From Alphaproteobacteria bacterium (GTDB taxonomy: Bacteria; Pseudomonadota; Alphaproteobacteria; Holosporales; JBOFFI01), in assembly GCA_051648545.1 (NCBI GenBank), contig JBOFFI010000035.1, positions 82,682 through 146,681 on the forward strand: DNA of 64,000 bases, in the 5' to 3' direction. This document shows, piece by piece, positions 37,418 through 47,791 of this stretch. Positions within the stretch are counted from its first letter, which is position 1. Every line of letters starts with the position of its first letter. A program made the translations under genes and the position numbers. The notes beneath the pieces are model-generated. The model made no database searches. It was not told where the DNA came from and worked only from the letters and a program-made list of their open reading frames with translations.

Positions 37418-37954
37418 GTGAACTTGATTGTGGTCGGAAAAATTGTGGCCCCCCATGGCCTTCAGGGGGCTGTTAAGCTTAAAAGTTTTACGGAAAATCC
37501 CTTAACGCTGTTTTCTTTTTCCAGCTTGCTGATCTCGGAAGGTGCACCCCCCTTAAAAGTCAAAAAACACAAGCCTGATAAGGAAAAGGGAACGTATATT
37601 GCGATGGTTGAAGGCGTGATATCCAGAACCCAAGCAGAAGCGCTTCATGGCCAGCTTCTCCACGTTTCAAAAGAGATGCTTCCAAGCCTGGACGAGGATG
37701 AAGAAACGTTTTATCACACAGATTTGGTGGGGCTTGAAGCTCGAGGGCTTGATGGGCGCGCGGTGGGTGCGGTTTATGCTGTTCACCACGTTGGGGAAAG
37801 CGACGTTTTAGAAATTATTCCCCAGGGTGGAGATAAAAAATCATCTTTTTTAATTCCCTTCACCCGTGATTTTGTTCCAAAAATTAATTTATCTGAAAAA
37901 TTTATCGTGCTTGATGCTTGGGAAGCAGCATTAGAAAAAGATGAAGAACGCTAG
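37418..37954 (+). CDS. rimM: Ribosome maturation factor RimM
   Basis: VGKIVAPHGLQGAVKLKSFTENP, PRC-barrel C-terminus; GTG start; followed by trmD-rplS. Confidence 0.85.
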   Translation: MNLIVVGKIVAPHGLQGAVKLKSFTENPLTLFSFSSLLISEGAPPLKVKKHKPDKEKGTYIAMVEGVISRTQAEALHGQLLHVSKEMLPSLDEDEETFYHTDLVGLEARGLDGRAVGAVYAVHHVGESDVLEIIPQGGDKKSSFLIPFTRDFVPKINLSEKFIVLDAWEAALEKDEER

Positions 37955-38706
37955 TGGAAACAGCCCGTCGCTTTCACAGCGTCGTTTTGACGCTTTTCCC
38001 AGAGCTATTTCCAGGCCCCTTGGGAGCCTCCATCCTAGGGGAAGCCCTTGAGAAAGGTCTTTGGAGCTTGGACGTTTTAAACATTCGGGATTTCGCTTTA
38101 GATAAGCATCAAACAGTTGATGAGCCTGCTTTTGGCGGAGGACCTGGGATGGTGATGCGCCCTGATGTTTTGGACCGGGCGATTGAGGCAGGATTGCAGC
38201 GACTTCAAGAGACTGAACCAGCAAAGCCTCCCACAATGATTTACCTTTCTCCAAGGGGAAAAACACTCTCTCAAAAAAGCGTGACAGAATGGGTTGAATC
38301 TGGTATGCCTTTGGTTCTGTTGTGTGGTCGGTATGAAGGGGTGGATCAGCGCATTTTAGATGCGCGGGGTTTTGAAGAAGTGAGCTTGGGTGATTTTGTT
38401 TTAGCGGGCGGAGAGCTTGCTGCCATGGCCCTTCTTGAGGCTTGTGTGCGGCTTGTTCCTGGCGTGCTTGGAAAAGAAGCTTCTCTGGAAGAAGAGAGCT
38501 TTTCCCAAGGTTTATTGGAATACCCGCATTATACGCGCCCTAGGACATGGGGGGGAATGGCAGTGCCAGAAATTCTCCTTTCTGGGCATCATGGAAATAT
38601 TAAGGCTTGGCGGCAGGCTCAGGCAGAAAAATTGACCCAAGCCCGGCGACCAGACTTATGGACACGTTATCAACAACGTGGTATGAATGAGGAAAGTGAG
38701 GATTAA
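37954..38706 (+). CDS. trmD: tRNA (guanine37-N1)-methyltransferase
   Basis: FGGGPGMVMRPD, LLCGRYEGVDQR, SLGDFVLAGGE; GTG start overlapping the rimM stop by 1 nt. Confidence 0.93.
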   Translation: METARRFHSVVLTLFPELFPGPLGASILGEALEKGLWSLDVLNIRDFALDKHQTVDEPAFGGGPGMVMRPDVLDRAIEAGLQRLQETEPAKPPTMIYLSPRGKTLSQKSVTEWVESGMPLVLLCGRYEGVDQRILDARGFEEVSLGDFVLAGGELAAMALLEACVRLVPGVLGKEASLEEESFSQGLLEYPHYTRPRTWGGMAVPEILLSGHHGNIKAWRQAQAEKLTQARRPDLWTRYQQRGMNEESED

Positions 38707-38709
38707 ATT

Positions 38710-39129
38710 ATGAACATGTTACAACAATTTGAGCAGGGTCACCTGAATCGTCTTATGGAAGGAAAGTCTATTCCTGATTTTCGACCAGGGGACACCCTTA
38801 AGGTGCTCGTTGAGATTAAAGAAGGTGATCGCAAGCGTACACAGTCTTACGAAGGTGTTTGTATTGCTCGGAAAAACGCAGGCATTAACTCGTCTGTCAC
38901 AGTTCGCAAGATCTCCTATGGTGAAGGTGTGGAGCGGGTATTTTCCCTCTATTCTCCTTTGATTACCATTCAGCGGGTTCGTCAAGGGGTTGTGCGCCGT
39001 GCGAAACTTTATTACCTTCGGGAACTTCGTGGTAAAAAAGCCCGTATCGCAGAACGCACCTTTTATGGTCATCAAGCGGCTTCGAAACAACCAACGGCTG
39101 AAACCGTTGAGGTTCCTTCTGTTTCTTAA
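38710..39129 (+). CDS. rplS: 50S ribosomal protein L19
   Basis: [46 protein letters not shown]. Confidence 0.93.
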   Translation: MNMLQQFEQGHLNRLMEGKSIPDFRPGDTLKVLVEIKEGDRKRTQSYEGVCIARKNAGINSSVTVRKISYGEGVERVFSLYSPLITIQRVRQGVVRRAKLYYLRELRGKKARIAERTFYGHQAASKQPTAETVEVPSVS

Positions 39130-39159
39130 AGATTTGCTGAGAAAGAGGGGGAAAACGGC

Positions 39160-39645
39160 GTGTCTGACGTTGTAGAGATCGGCAAGCTTTTGAACGTTTT
39201 GGTGAAACAGCTTCCCCATGCTGAAGGGCTTCCTTTGCCTTTTTATGCAACCCAGGAAAGTGCAGGACTTGATCTGTGCGCTGCTGTTTTGGAGCCCATT
39301 CTTTTGAAGCCGTTTCAGCGGGTTTTGGTTCCCACGGGTTTATGCATCGCGCTTCCCCAGGGGTATGAAGGGCAGATTCGTCCTCGTTCGGGCCTTGCCC
39401 TCAAGCAAGGTGTAACGGTTTTGAATGCGCCAGGTACGATAGATGCTGATTACCGTCAAGAAATTAAGGTACTGCTGATTAACTTGGGGGAAGAGCCGTT
39501 TTCTGTCGAGCGAGGAGATCGCATTGCCCAGCTTGTAGTTGCTGCGTTTTCTCGCGTTGGGTGGGAGCTTTCTGCCCAGCTAGAGCGAGAAGAAGGACGC
39601 GGGGGGTTCGGCTCAACTGGAATGAAGGCTGTTGTCTCTTCGTAG
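39160..39645 (+). CDS. dut: dUTP diphosphatase
   Basis: [35 protein letters not shown]; GTG start. Confidence 0.9.
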   Translation: MSDVVEIGKLLNVLVKQLPHAEGLPLPFYATQESAGLDLCAAVLEPILLKPFQRVLVPTGLCIALPQGYEGQIRPRSGLALKQGVTVLNAPGTIDADYRQEIKVLLINLGEEPFSVERGDRIAQLVVAAFSRVGWELSAQLEREEGRGGFGSTGMKAVVSS

Positions 39646-39693
39646 ATTGCGGGCGAGCCAAGGGTTGCTACGCACTGAAAGCAAGAAATAAAT

Positions 39694-40251
39694 ATGTCAC
39701 TTCATAACGTTTTTATGTTCTCTTCACGAGTATATTCAGTTCGATGTAAGCGTTTGCTTTCTTCTGTTTTCTTTCACGGGATTGTTTGCGTCGCTTTTTC
39801 GCTTGCCTCCACAGAGGCTATTTCTGCTGTGCGGCCAACTGCTGCTGGATTTGCGTCTCTAAAATCTTCAGAGGTCAATGTTAGGACGGGGCCTGGTTCC
39901 CATTACCCCATTTGCTGGGTGTTGGTTCGAAAAAGTCTTCCTGTTAAAATTTTGGCAGAATTTGATAATTGGCGAAAAATTGAAGATTTTGAAGGAAAGC
40001 AAGGCTGGGTTCATCAAAGCTTGTTGAACGCTAAACAAACGGTTCTTATTTTAGAAAATGACGTTATTTTGAGGAATGCCCCTTGTTTGGAAGGCAGTGC
40101 TATTGCACGTTTAGAAAGGGGGGTGATTGCCTCTTTGCTGGAAAGGAAGGGGGAGTGGTGCCATATTAGCATAGAAAAAACAGCAAAAGGCTGGGTTCCT
40201 TGTGGGGCAGGGTGGGGGAATATCCCAGAAGAGAAAAAGCCTAAAGGATAG
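39694..40251 (+). CDS. Secreted bacterial SH3-domain protein (COG3807-like)
   Basis: Signal peptide, then tandem SH3b-like segments (VNVRTGPGSHYPICWVLVRKSLPVKILAEFDNWRKIEDFEGKQGWVHQSLL; second copy ..GEWCHISIEKTAKGWV). Confidence 0.7.
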   Translation: MSLHNVFMFSSRVYSVRCKRLLSSVFFHGIVCVAFSLASTEAISAVRPTAAGFASLKSSEVNVRTGPGSHYPICWVLVRKSLPVKILAEFDNWRKIEDFEGKQGWVHQSLLNAKQTVLILENDVILRNAPCLEGSAIARLERGVIASLLERKGEWCHISIEKTAKGWVPCGAGWGNIPEEKKPKG

Positions 40252-40286
40252 TTTTTTGGGTTCAAATTTTCCGTAATTTTGGCACC

Positions 40287-40769
40287 TTAAAGAGCTTCTC
40301 GGGGCGTACTAAAAATAGGCAAAAATTCTTCTAGGACGCCTTTATAAACGTCTCGTTTAAAAGAAACAATTTCTTGGATCAAAGCTTCAGGGGTTGACCA
40401 CTTCCATGCAGAAAATTCAGGATGCTCTGTCTCCAGACAAATATCTGTATCTTTTCCCGTAAAACGAAACAAAAACCAGCGTTGTTTTTGTCCCTTATGC
40501 CCCCGATCCCATGATCGGCTGCCTTGGTTTGAGGCTTTTTGAGGAAAATCATACGTACGCCAATGCTGGCTTTCGTGCCAAAATTCAAATGCATCTGTCC
40601 CTATTTCTTCGATGAGCTCACGGCAAGCCGCGGCTTGATAAGGCTCCTCAAAATCAACACCTCCTTGGGGCATTTGCCAAGCTGGCGTAGTTTTGTCGAT
40701 CCGTTGGCCCACAAAAATTTTTTTCTCTGTGTTAACCAGCATCATCCCAACGTTTATTCTGTAGGACAC
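40287..40769 (-). CDS. rppH: RNA pyrophosphohydrolase (Nudix)
   Basis: AWQMPQGGVDFEEPYQAAACRELIEEIG Nudix box; 160 aa. Confidence 0.88.
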   Translation of the reverse strand: MSYRINVGMMLVNTEKKIFVGQRIDKTTPAWQMPQGGVDFEEPYQAAACRELIEEIGTDAFEFWHESQHWRTYDFPQKASNQGSRSWDRGHKGQKQRWFLFRFTGKDTDICLETEHPEFSAWKWSTPEALIQEIVSFKRDVYKGVLEEFLPIFSTPREAL

Positions 40770-40791
40770 GCTTCCTCCTTATTCTATATCT

Positions 40792-41721
40792 TTAAGGAGC
40801 ATCATGGTGGGTCGCCTTCATCACAGCTGTTAAAGGCGCTAAAACAAAGCCCTTGGGCAGGGTTTTGACCCATGCCATTAATTCCTTAAGAACAAAGGGA
40901 GAAAGGGGTGCCACAGCAACCACAGACCCTTTATGCTGAGCAATCATTTGAATTTTTTTGAGCTCTTGGTCTATGCTTCCTGGATTGCTTCCAAAAAAGT
41001 GGTTGGCTACCAAAAAAGAAGTGCCTCCTTTTCGGGCAAGCTTGGAAGCTACGCTATAAGGAGACATCAACGTGTCTAAAAAGAGCATCCCGCGTTGGCG
41101 TAATGCTTTTAAAACAGGCTCCATGGATGCTTCATAAGTTGTAAAAGAGCTGCCCGACGCGTGGGTGACCCCGACGGCCATCCCAACTTTTTGAATGCCT
41201 ATAGCAAGCCGTTCCAGATTTTTTTCTTCGGTCAAACTGTTGAGAAGGGTTTGGGGACCTGGATCATTTGCAGGGTAATTGTCCGGTTCCAGGGGGATGT
41301 TCACCAAAATTTCATGGCGAAATTCTTTAGCTTTCCTCGCCCATCCTGCAGGATCTTGAATAAATGGCGAAATGGCAAGGGTCACCTCTGCTGGAAGCTG
41401 TTCAAGGGCTTGCTTGCTGAAATCTGGCTGAGTTCCCAAATCAAGCAAAACCAATGCAATCAAAGACGTTTGAGGGGGGATGGTGTAGGGTTGTCCATGG
41501 ATATCAATAGGTCTTGGGTTTGCAACCTCTCCCTTGGGAGAAGGAAAAAGACTGATGCCTGTTTCAGCTTTTGTTTTTTCTTGGAAATTTTTCTCTTGCA
41601 GGTAAACATAGATGGCATAACCACCCCCTGCCAACAATGCTAACAGCAACAGGAGCATCAGTTTTTTCCAAAAATTTCTCCTTCTTCTATTTCGTCCATA
41701 GGAGGTCCGACTTTTTGCCAT
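40792..41721 (-). CDS. Divergent polysaccharide deacetylase family protein (YibQ-like)
   Basis: N-terminal TM; LIALVLLDLG, VTLAISPF, EILVNIPLEPDNYPANDPGPQTLL, MLFLDTLMSPYSVA. Confidence 0.75.
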   Translation of the reverse strand: MAKSRTSYGRNRRRRNFWKKLMLLLLLALLAGGGYAIYVYLQEKNFQEKTKAETGISLFPSPKGEVANPRPIDIHGQPYTIPPQTSLIALVLLDLGTQPDFSKQALEQLPAEVTLAISPFIQDPAGWARKAKEFRHEILVNIPLEPDNYPANDPGPQTLLNSLTEEKNLERLAIGIQKVGMAVGVTHASGSSFTTYEASMEPVLKALRQRGMLFLDTLMSPYSVASKLARKGGTSFLVANHFFGSNPGSIDQELKKIQMIAQHKGSVVAVAPLSPFVLKELMAWVKTLPKGFVLAPLTAVMKATHHDAP

Positions 41722-41765
41722 CTTCTGCGATCCTTTTTCGTGTGCGTTTTATCAAGAGATTGGGA

Positions 41766-43178
41766 CTATCCTTTTTTAGGTGTGGGAGCCAGTCCGCTTA
41801 CAACGTCTTTTTTCTCTATCTTATCTTTGGGTAATTTATTTTTTTTCAGATTGTTTTGATAAATCCACATGCCGCGAGCAAGCTCAATGGCGCGCATTTT
41901 TTGATAATCTTCAACCTTCCCTTTTGACAATTTTGAAGGGATCAAGCTTTCTGGCTCTGAGGGTGAAGGGCTAGCCGTCGAAGAGGTTTCTTGGGGCGGG
42001 TTGTTGTTTCCGTTTTGATCTTTTTGTTTGAGGGCGCCCGCAAAACTGCTTTCCCGAATTCGATTAAACTCATGTAATTTTTCCAGATCAGCAACCTGTT
42101 CAATCATAATATCAGGTGTGATGCCATCGTTTTGAACGGGTTTTCCATCGGGTGTATAGTACCTGGAAATGGTCAATTTGATAGCGCCCCCATTGTTCAA
42201 AGGTCGAATCGTTTGCACAGACCCTTTTCCAAAGGATTTTTCTCCAACCACCAGGCCCCTGCCGTGGGCTTGAAGAGCACCTGCAACAATTTCTGCAGCA
42301 GAGGCAGATCCGCCGTTGATCAAAACCACCACCGGCGTGTCTTTCAAAAGCTCGCCCTTCGTTGCAAAGAGGCTTGTGTTTCTCTCAGAATCTCTTCCTC
42401 GGGTTGAAACAACTTCACCGCCGTCTAGAAAAAGATCCACCAAGGCCACAGCCTGTTCCAAAAGACCGCCTGGATTGTTTCGCAGGTCCAGCACAACGCC
42501 TTTCAGATTATTTTTTAGCTTTTTTTGAAATTCCCCAATGGCTTCTTTCGTTAAGGCTGCAATTTTTTCATCAAAATTTGAAATACGTATATAGCCGACA
42601 TCGTTTTCTACCTGAGATTTAACAGATTTAACGCGAATCAGTTCGCGCACCAATTTAACCTCAAAAGCATCTGCATTTTCTCGCTTGATCAGCAATTTAA
42701 CAGAACTTTTGGGTTCTCCCCGCATTTTTTTCACCGCATCTGTCAGGGTAAGCCCAAAAACTGGCTGTTGATCAATGGCGATAATGAGATCTTTTTTTTG
42801 CAACCCTGCTTTGTAAGCGGGTGTGTCATCGAGGGGTGTCACAATCTTAACCAGGCCGTTTTCCATGGTGACTTCCATGCCCAAACCGCCAAATTCCCCT
42901 TTGGTTTGTTTCAAAAGCTCTTGATAGTTATCTGGGTCCAGATAAGAAGAGTGGGGATCAAGGGACATCAACATGCCGTTGAGTGCACCTTCTAGAAGTT
43001 TTTTTTCCTCAACAGGCTCGACATATTCTTCCCTCACCAAATCTGCGATTTCTTTAAACGCTTGAACCGTTGTTTGAGGCGTGTAGTGAAGGGGTGTTGA
43101 AGCCCGGGCAAACTGTGAAAAAAAGCTACATTGCAACAGGATGCCTAGCCTTAAGATCAGGTGAAACCTCAAGCGCAT
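41766..43178 (-). CDS. ctpA: Carboxy-terminal processing protease (S41)
   Basis: GEFGGLGMEV, PDZ segment, VVLDLRNNPGGLL, VVLINGGSASAAEI, GEKSFGKGSVQ. Confidence 0.9.
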   Translation of the reverse strand: MRLRFHLILRLGILLQCSFFSQFARASTPLHYTPQTTVQAFKEIADLVREEYVEPVEEKKLLEGALNGMLMSLDPHSSYLDPDNYQELLKQTKGEFGGLGMEVTMENGLVKIVTPLDDTPAYKAGLQKKDLIIAIDQQPVFGLTLTDAVKKMRGEPKSSVKLLIKRENADAFEVKLVRELIRVKSVKSQVENDVGYIRISNFDEKIAALTKEAIGEFQKKLKNNLKGVVLDLRNNPGGLLEQAVALVDLFLDGGEVVSTRGRDSERNTSLFATKGELLKDTPVVVLINGGSASAAEIVAGALQAHGRGLVVGEKSFGKGSVQTIRPLNNGGAIKLTISRYYTPDGKPVQNDGITPDIMIEQVADLEKLHEFNRIRESSFAGALKQKDQNGNNNPPQETSSTASPSPSEPESLIPSKLSKGKVEDYQKMRAIELARGMWIYQNNLKKNKLPKDKIEKKDVVSGLAPTPKKG

Positions 43179-43353
43179 TTTAAAAAAACCTTTCTGTTAC
43201 CCACCGGCGAGCATTGTACCATACCACATATCTTCATTTTTCAAAAAAAGAAACGTAAATAACCTGAAAAAAAGCTCTTGTGGCTTTTGTTTAGCAAACA
43301 ACTGCTAATAAATTGTGAAAAAATTGGAAAACATGATGTTTTTAGGATCAATT

Positions 43354-44325
43354 TTAAAGGTCATCCCCCAGGGATAAGCGCTCGCTTTTCGTTTCCCTTT
43401 TTAAAAAAAGTGTTTTGGATTCTTCCACAGGTTTTAAAAATTCAAAGTCTAAAACAGGGTTGTCTTTTCCATACCCCGCCATGGTTGCAACCGTCTCACC
43501 TTGGAAAAGCGTATCCCCAGGGTGTACATGGATTTTTTCAAACCCTGAAAGGACGCTGTAATGTTTGTCCCCATGATCAATGATTAAAGCTTGCTTGATA
43601 CCCTTTAAGGGACCTATATAGGTAATTTTTCCAGCTGCAGGGCACATGACAGGGGCCAGAAACGCTGTTTGAATGGAAACTTTTTCGCCTGTTGCTGAGG
43701 TGACAGGAGGCGCAACAAACGTTCCTTCTGCAGGAAGCTCAAGTTGATAAGCCTTTTCAGAATGAAGTTCAACATCTGGCTGAAGCGCCGAATTTCCAAC
43801 AGTAACTGTTTTTTCATCCCGCTCCAAAGAGGACAGCACCAGTTGATACCTCCGAAGTTCGGCGTGGGTTGTTTGGGTTAACATCTCGTGCTGTTCTGCT
43901 TTTGTCTTAACCTGCTCTAAATTTTTTGACATTTTCTGCAAAACGCTTGTAGAAAGCGCGAGGGCATGGACATAGGCCTCTGGTTTGATGTGATTGGCCA
44001 GAATTGCTGTGGGTGTTTTTTTCAACGAAAAAAATAGCTTGAAAAAAAAAGAAGAAAAAGTTTGTTGATCTCGCTGCAGTGTTTCAGCCAGAAGCTGTGA
44101 ACGATTTTTCAAATTTTCAAGACGCAGGTTTAACAAACTAAGGTGATGTTGGAGCATGTTTTTTCGGGCTTCCAAAGAAGCAGCTTCATCTAGGGAAGAA
44201 GGGGATATTTCTTGGGCAGGCGGGGAGGGTTCTTGGGCACAGATTGCTGCGTTTGTTCCAAGGAGCAGCGCACAACAAAAAGCTCCTGCCCCCAATAACA
44301 CTCTCCATGTCTTTTTTTTAAGCAT
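43354..44325 (-). CDS. M23/LytM-domain murein hydrolase activator (EnvC-like)
   Basis: Signal peptide, long coiled-coil region, C-terminal LytM-like barrel (GKITYIGPLKGIKQALIIDHGDKHYSVLSGF..VHPGDTLFQGETVA); sits in the conserved gpmI-M23-ctpA arrangement. Confidence 0.75.
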   Translation of the reverse strand: MLKKKTWRVLLGAGAFCCALLLGTNAAICAQEPSPPAQEISPSSLDEAASLEARKNMLQHHLSLLNLRLENLKNRSQLLAETLQRDQQTFSSFFFKLFFSLKKTPTAILANHIKPEAYVHALALSTSVLQKMSKNLEQVKTKAEQHEMLTQTTHAELRRYQLVLSSLERDEKTVTVGNSALQPDVELHSEKAYQLELPAEGTFVAPPVTSATGEKVSIQTAFLAPVMCPAAGKITYIGPLKGIKQALIIDHGDKHYSVLSGFEKIHVHPGDTLFQGETVATMAGYGKDNPVLDFEFLKPVEESKTLFLKRETKSERLSLGDDL

Positions 44326-44352
44326 TACCTGCTCCTTTACCTAAGGATTGGT

Positions 44353-45894
44353 TTAGCATAGCGGACGCCCTTTCATCAGGAGGGATGGCTGTAGCCCTAA
44401 AAGCTTTAAAACGGTTGGCGCAACATCTTGCAGCTCTCCGTGCTCTCGCAACACTTTTATGTCAGAGCGCCCATTGACCAACACGCAAGGGACCTCGTGA
44501 CAGGTGTGGGCTGTGTGGGGTTGACCGGTTTGTGGGTCACGCATCACTTCGGCATTCCCATGATCTGCGGTAATCAGCAAGGTGCCTCCTGCGGCCTGGA
44601 TGGCTTGAACCACCTTGCCCATGCAGGTGTCAACCGTTTCAATAGCCCTAACAATAGCTAATTTTTCAGCGGTGTGTCCCACCATGTCTGGGTTTGCATA
44701 GTTAACTAAAATAAAATCATAGGCTTTAGAGGTAATCGTCCCCACCAGGTTTTCCGTTAGCTCAGGGGCGGACATTTCTGGCTGAAGGTCATAGCTCGCA
44801 ACAAGAGGAGAGGGAATAAGAAGACGATCCTCTCCTTCAAAGAGCGCTTCACGCCCTCCGTTGAAAAAAAAGGTAACATGGGCATATTTTTCTGTTTCCG
44901 CGAGGCGGAGCTGTTTAAGGTGGTGAGTCGCTATCACCTCTCCAAGGGTTTCTTTTGGAATCTCTTGGGGGAAAAGCGGGCTGATCCATGCCCGATGGGC
45001 TTGTGAAATATCCGTCAAAGAAAGCAGCTCACGCAACTCTATAATTTTCTGGGGAAATCCTTTGAAATGAGGATCTGCCAAAGCGGAGGTTAATTGGCGC
45101 AGCCGATCGACTCGAAAATTCATGAATAAGAAGGCGTCTCCCGGGCGAACCCCAGGGTAGGGTTTTAAGGCAAAAGGAGGAATATCTTCATCCCGGGTGA
45201 TGCCGCGTTGATAGGCTTTTTCGATGAGCTCTTGGATAGAAGCCTGTTCTTGGGTATTGTGAGAAAATGAGGGGAAAATGATATCTTGATAAGCTTTTTG
45301 AGTGCGTTCCCAGCGTTGATTCCGGTCCATCCCAAAAGCCCTTCCGCCAACCGTTGCCCATTGAAGCAAAGGGTAGCGTGCGAAGATTTTTTGAATTTGA
45401 GCAACATAACCAGACGCGCTTTGGGGGGGAACGTCCCTGCCATCCAAAAAAGCGTGAAACCATACGGGAATGTTTTGCTTTCCAAGAAATTCAAACAGGG
45501 TTGCGAGATGAGAGATGTGGGAATGAACCCCTCCATCGGAAAGTAGTCCAAAAATGTGAAACGCTTTTCCTGCATGTTTTAAAACTGCGCACGTTTCTTG
45601 AAGGAGGGGATGATTTAAAAAGCTTCCATCCTGGATAGCCTGGTTGATCCTGGGGAGATCTTGAAGCATCACGCGCCCAGCCCCCAATGTCATATGCCCC
45701 ACTTCAGAATTCCCCATTTGTCCGGGGGGAAGCCCAACTGCTTCTCCGGAAGCCTTAAGGGTTGTTGAAGGATATTTTTTACAAAGGTCATCCCAAATGG
45801 GAGTTCTGGCAGATGTAATGCCGTTTTCTGGAGAAGCTGGCGCAACGCCCCATCCATCTAGCACACATAAAACAAACGGTTTTCGGGTCGACAT
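44353..45894 (-). CDS. gpmI: 2,3-bisphosphoglycerate-independent phosphoglycerate mutase
   Basis: VLDGWGVAP, QMGNSEVGHMTLGAGR, DGRDVPP, ITADHGNAE. Confidence 0.95.
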   Translation of the reverse strand: MSTRKPFVLCVLDGWGVAPASPENGITSARTPIWDDLCKKYPSTTLKASGEAVGLPPGQMGNSEVGHMTLGAGRVMLQDLPRINQAIQDGSFLNHPLLQETCAVLKHAGKAFHIFGLLSDGGVHSHISHLATLFEFLGKQNIPVWFHAFLDGRDVPPQSASGYVAQIQKIFARYPLLQWATVGGRAFGMDRNQRWERTQKAYQDIIFPSFSHNTQEQASIQELIEKAYQRGITRDEDIPPFALKPYPGVRPGDAFLFMNFRVDRLRQLTSALADPHFKGFPQKIIELRELLSLTDISQAHRAWISPLFPQEIPKETLGEVIATHHLKQLRLAETEKYAHVTFFFNGGREALFEGEDRLLIPSPLVASYDLQPEMSAPELTENLVGTITSKAYDFILVNYANPDMVGHTAEKLAIVRAIETVDTCMGKVVQAIQAAGGTLLITADHGNAEVMRDPQTGQPHTAHTCHEVPCVLVNGRSDIKVLREHGELQDVAPTVLKLLGLQPSLLMKGRPLC

Positions 45895-45919
45895 AACCTC
45901 CTGCTCCCTTCGTGGGGTT

Positions 45920-46990
45920 TTACCTTTGCTTGATATTTAAAACATATCGGATGATTTCTGCAACAGCCTTGTAGTGTTCAGGTCGAATTTCTTGATCAAT
46001 CTCAACGGTTGCATGGAGCACCCTGGCAAGGGGAGGATTCTCAATGAGGGGCACAAAATGCTCTTTTGCAAGCTCCCGGATTCTGAAGGCGATAAAATCA
46101 GACCCTTTCGCGATTACAATGGGTGCGCGCATGTTCATGTTCCACTTTAAAGCCACGGCATAGTGAAGGGGGTTCGTGATGACGACAGTGGCCTCAGGGA
46201 CGGTCTGGGCGATTTGGGTCGCATCTGCAAGTTCATTACGTTTTTGGCGCTGGCGTCGTTTGACCAAGGGGTCACCTTCAAGATGTTTTTGCTCATCTTT
46301 CAGTTCTTGGTGGGACATTTTAAGATTTTTCAAATTTTGGAACCATTGATAGATGTAGTCTGCAATAGCCAGGGCAGCAACGGCGATCACAATGCAAAGA
46401 AGCATCTTACCTGTAAGTTCTTGAATTTTATAAGCGGCTCCAATAGGTTCAATACCACTTAAAGCGTTGACCTGCTGCACCTCTGGTGAAAGAACAAGGT
46501 AGGCCAGCGAAATAATGAAGGCTAATTTTAAAATCCCCTTGAAAAATTCCATGAAACCATTCAGGGAGAAAATTTTTGAAAATCCCTTGAGTAGAGAAAC
46601 GCGACTGAGCTGAGGTTTGATGTTTTCCAAGACAAACCGAAAATGACCTTGGATTCCTCCTGCTGCAAGAGCTGCTGCCACAAAAAACAAGAAAAAAACG
46701 CTTAAAACAACTATAATGCTTAAAAACAGCTCTCGACAATCTATCAGCAGCTGGGTTGAATCTAAAGATTGGGTTCCTATGCCTGCTATCCAATTTTTCA
46801 GGATCCTTCCTATAGCGCTTGTAAGGGAAACGCCCCCAAACCAAAACAAAGCAAGAAAAACTGAAATCATAAAAAAATGATTGATTTCTTTTGAATGGGG
46901 AATTTGGCCCTTTTCTCGAGCTTTTTCTTTTCGATGGGGGGTTGGCTCTTGGGTTTTTTGTGATTTATCTTGTTCTTGCTCACCATCCAT
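45920..46990 (-). CDS. flhB: Flagellar type III export protein FlhB
   Basis: 356 aa; N-terminal KTQEPTPHRKEKAREKGQIPHSKE, 4 TMs, autocleavage region VVITNPLHYAVALKW (NPLH in place of the canonical NPTH). Confidence 0.9.
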   Translation of the reverse strand: MDGEQEQDKSQKTQEPTPHRKEKAREKGQIPHSKEINHFFMISVFLALFWFGGVSLTSAIGRILKNWIAGIGTQSLDSTQLLIDCRELFLSIIVVLSVFFLFFVAAALAAGGIQGHFRFVLENIKPQLSRVSLLKGFSKIFSLNGFMEFFKGILKLAFIISLAYLVLSPEVQQVNALSGIEPIGAAYKIQELTGKMLLCIVIAVAALAIADYIYQWFQNLKNLKMSHQELKDEQKHLEGDPLVKRRQRQKRNELADATQIAQTVPEATVVITNPLHYAVALKWNMNMRAPIVIAKGSDFIAFRIRELAKEHFVPLIENPPLARVLHATVEIDQEIRPEHYKAVAEIIRYVLNIKQR

Positions 46991-46999
46991 AGAATTTCT

Positions 47000-47767
47000 C
47001 TACCTTCCGCTGAGTTGGGCAAAGGAATTAAAAAGAAATTCCATATAAACTGTAAAGATGTTGCTGAGGGCAAACATGAAAATGAAGAAACTCAGCAAAA
47101 TATCAAGGGGTTGAGAGATGAAAAAGACATGCACCTGTGGTATCAAACGGTTTAAAAGACCCATCGTTATGTAAAAAACAGTTCCAAGAATCAAAAAAGG
47201 GCTTGAAATCTGAACGGCAACTTTAAAACCTTGTTGAATAAGCCGAAGCATGGTTTGGGACATGTCCGCCAAAAACAAGTCTCCCCCTGGGGGAAAATAG
47301 CGATAACTTTCCATAATGCCTTTAAAAACAGCGTGGTGAAAATCATTTACAAAAATAAGTGCGAGGACGCACATGTAGAGGAAAGTTCCAAGAAGCGAGC
47401 TTTGCTCATCTGAAAGCGCTTGGTTCATAAAAGCGTTGGAAAGCGCGGCCTGGTGGCTGATAATAGCCCCTGCAATTTCAAGCATTTGGAGCAAGATTTT
47501 TGTAAAAAGCCCCAAAAAAATGCCCACGAAAATTTCTTGTAATAAAATATTCATAGAAATAGGGGGCGATCCCAAAATGCCATAGGCTTGCAAGGCAGGG
47601 GTTAGACAAACGCTGATGCAGAGGATCAGGGGGATACGTATTTGGGAATTAACAATCAAAGCACCCATGCCAGGAGTTAAAAGCGAAACAGTCAGCCAAC
47701 GCGTGAATACGAGCCCGTAAGGCCATATGTCTTTTAAAAGTAAGTTATAATTAGCCGCACTCTCCAT
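47000..47767 (-). CDS. fliR: Flagellar export gate protein FliR
   Basis: 255 aa polytopic protein between fliQ and flhB; N-terminal FTRWLTVSLLTPGMG-type motif. Confidence 0.85.
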   Translation of the reverse strand: MESAANYNLLLKDIWPYGLVFTRWLTVSLLTPGMGALIVNSQIRIPLILCISVCLTPALQAYGILGSPPISMNILLQEIFVGIFLGLFTKILLQMLEIAGAIISHQAALSNAFMNQALSDEQSSLLGTFLYMCVLALIFVNDFHHAVFKGIMESYRYFPPGGDLFLADMSQTMLRLIQQGFKVAVQISSPFLILGTVFYITMGLLNRLIPQVHVFFISQPLDILLSFFIFMFALSNIFTVYMEFLFNSFAQLSGR

Positions 47768-47791
47768 AGACGTTAGACCTTATACCCCTTG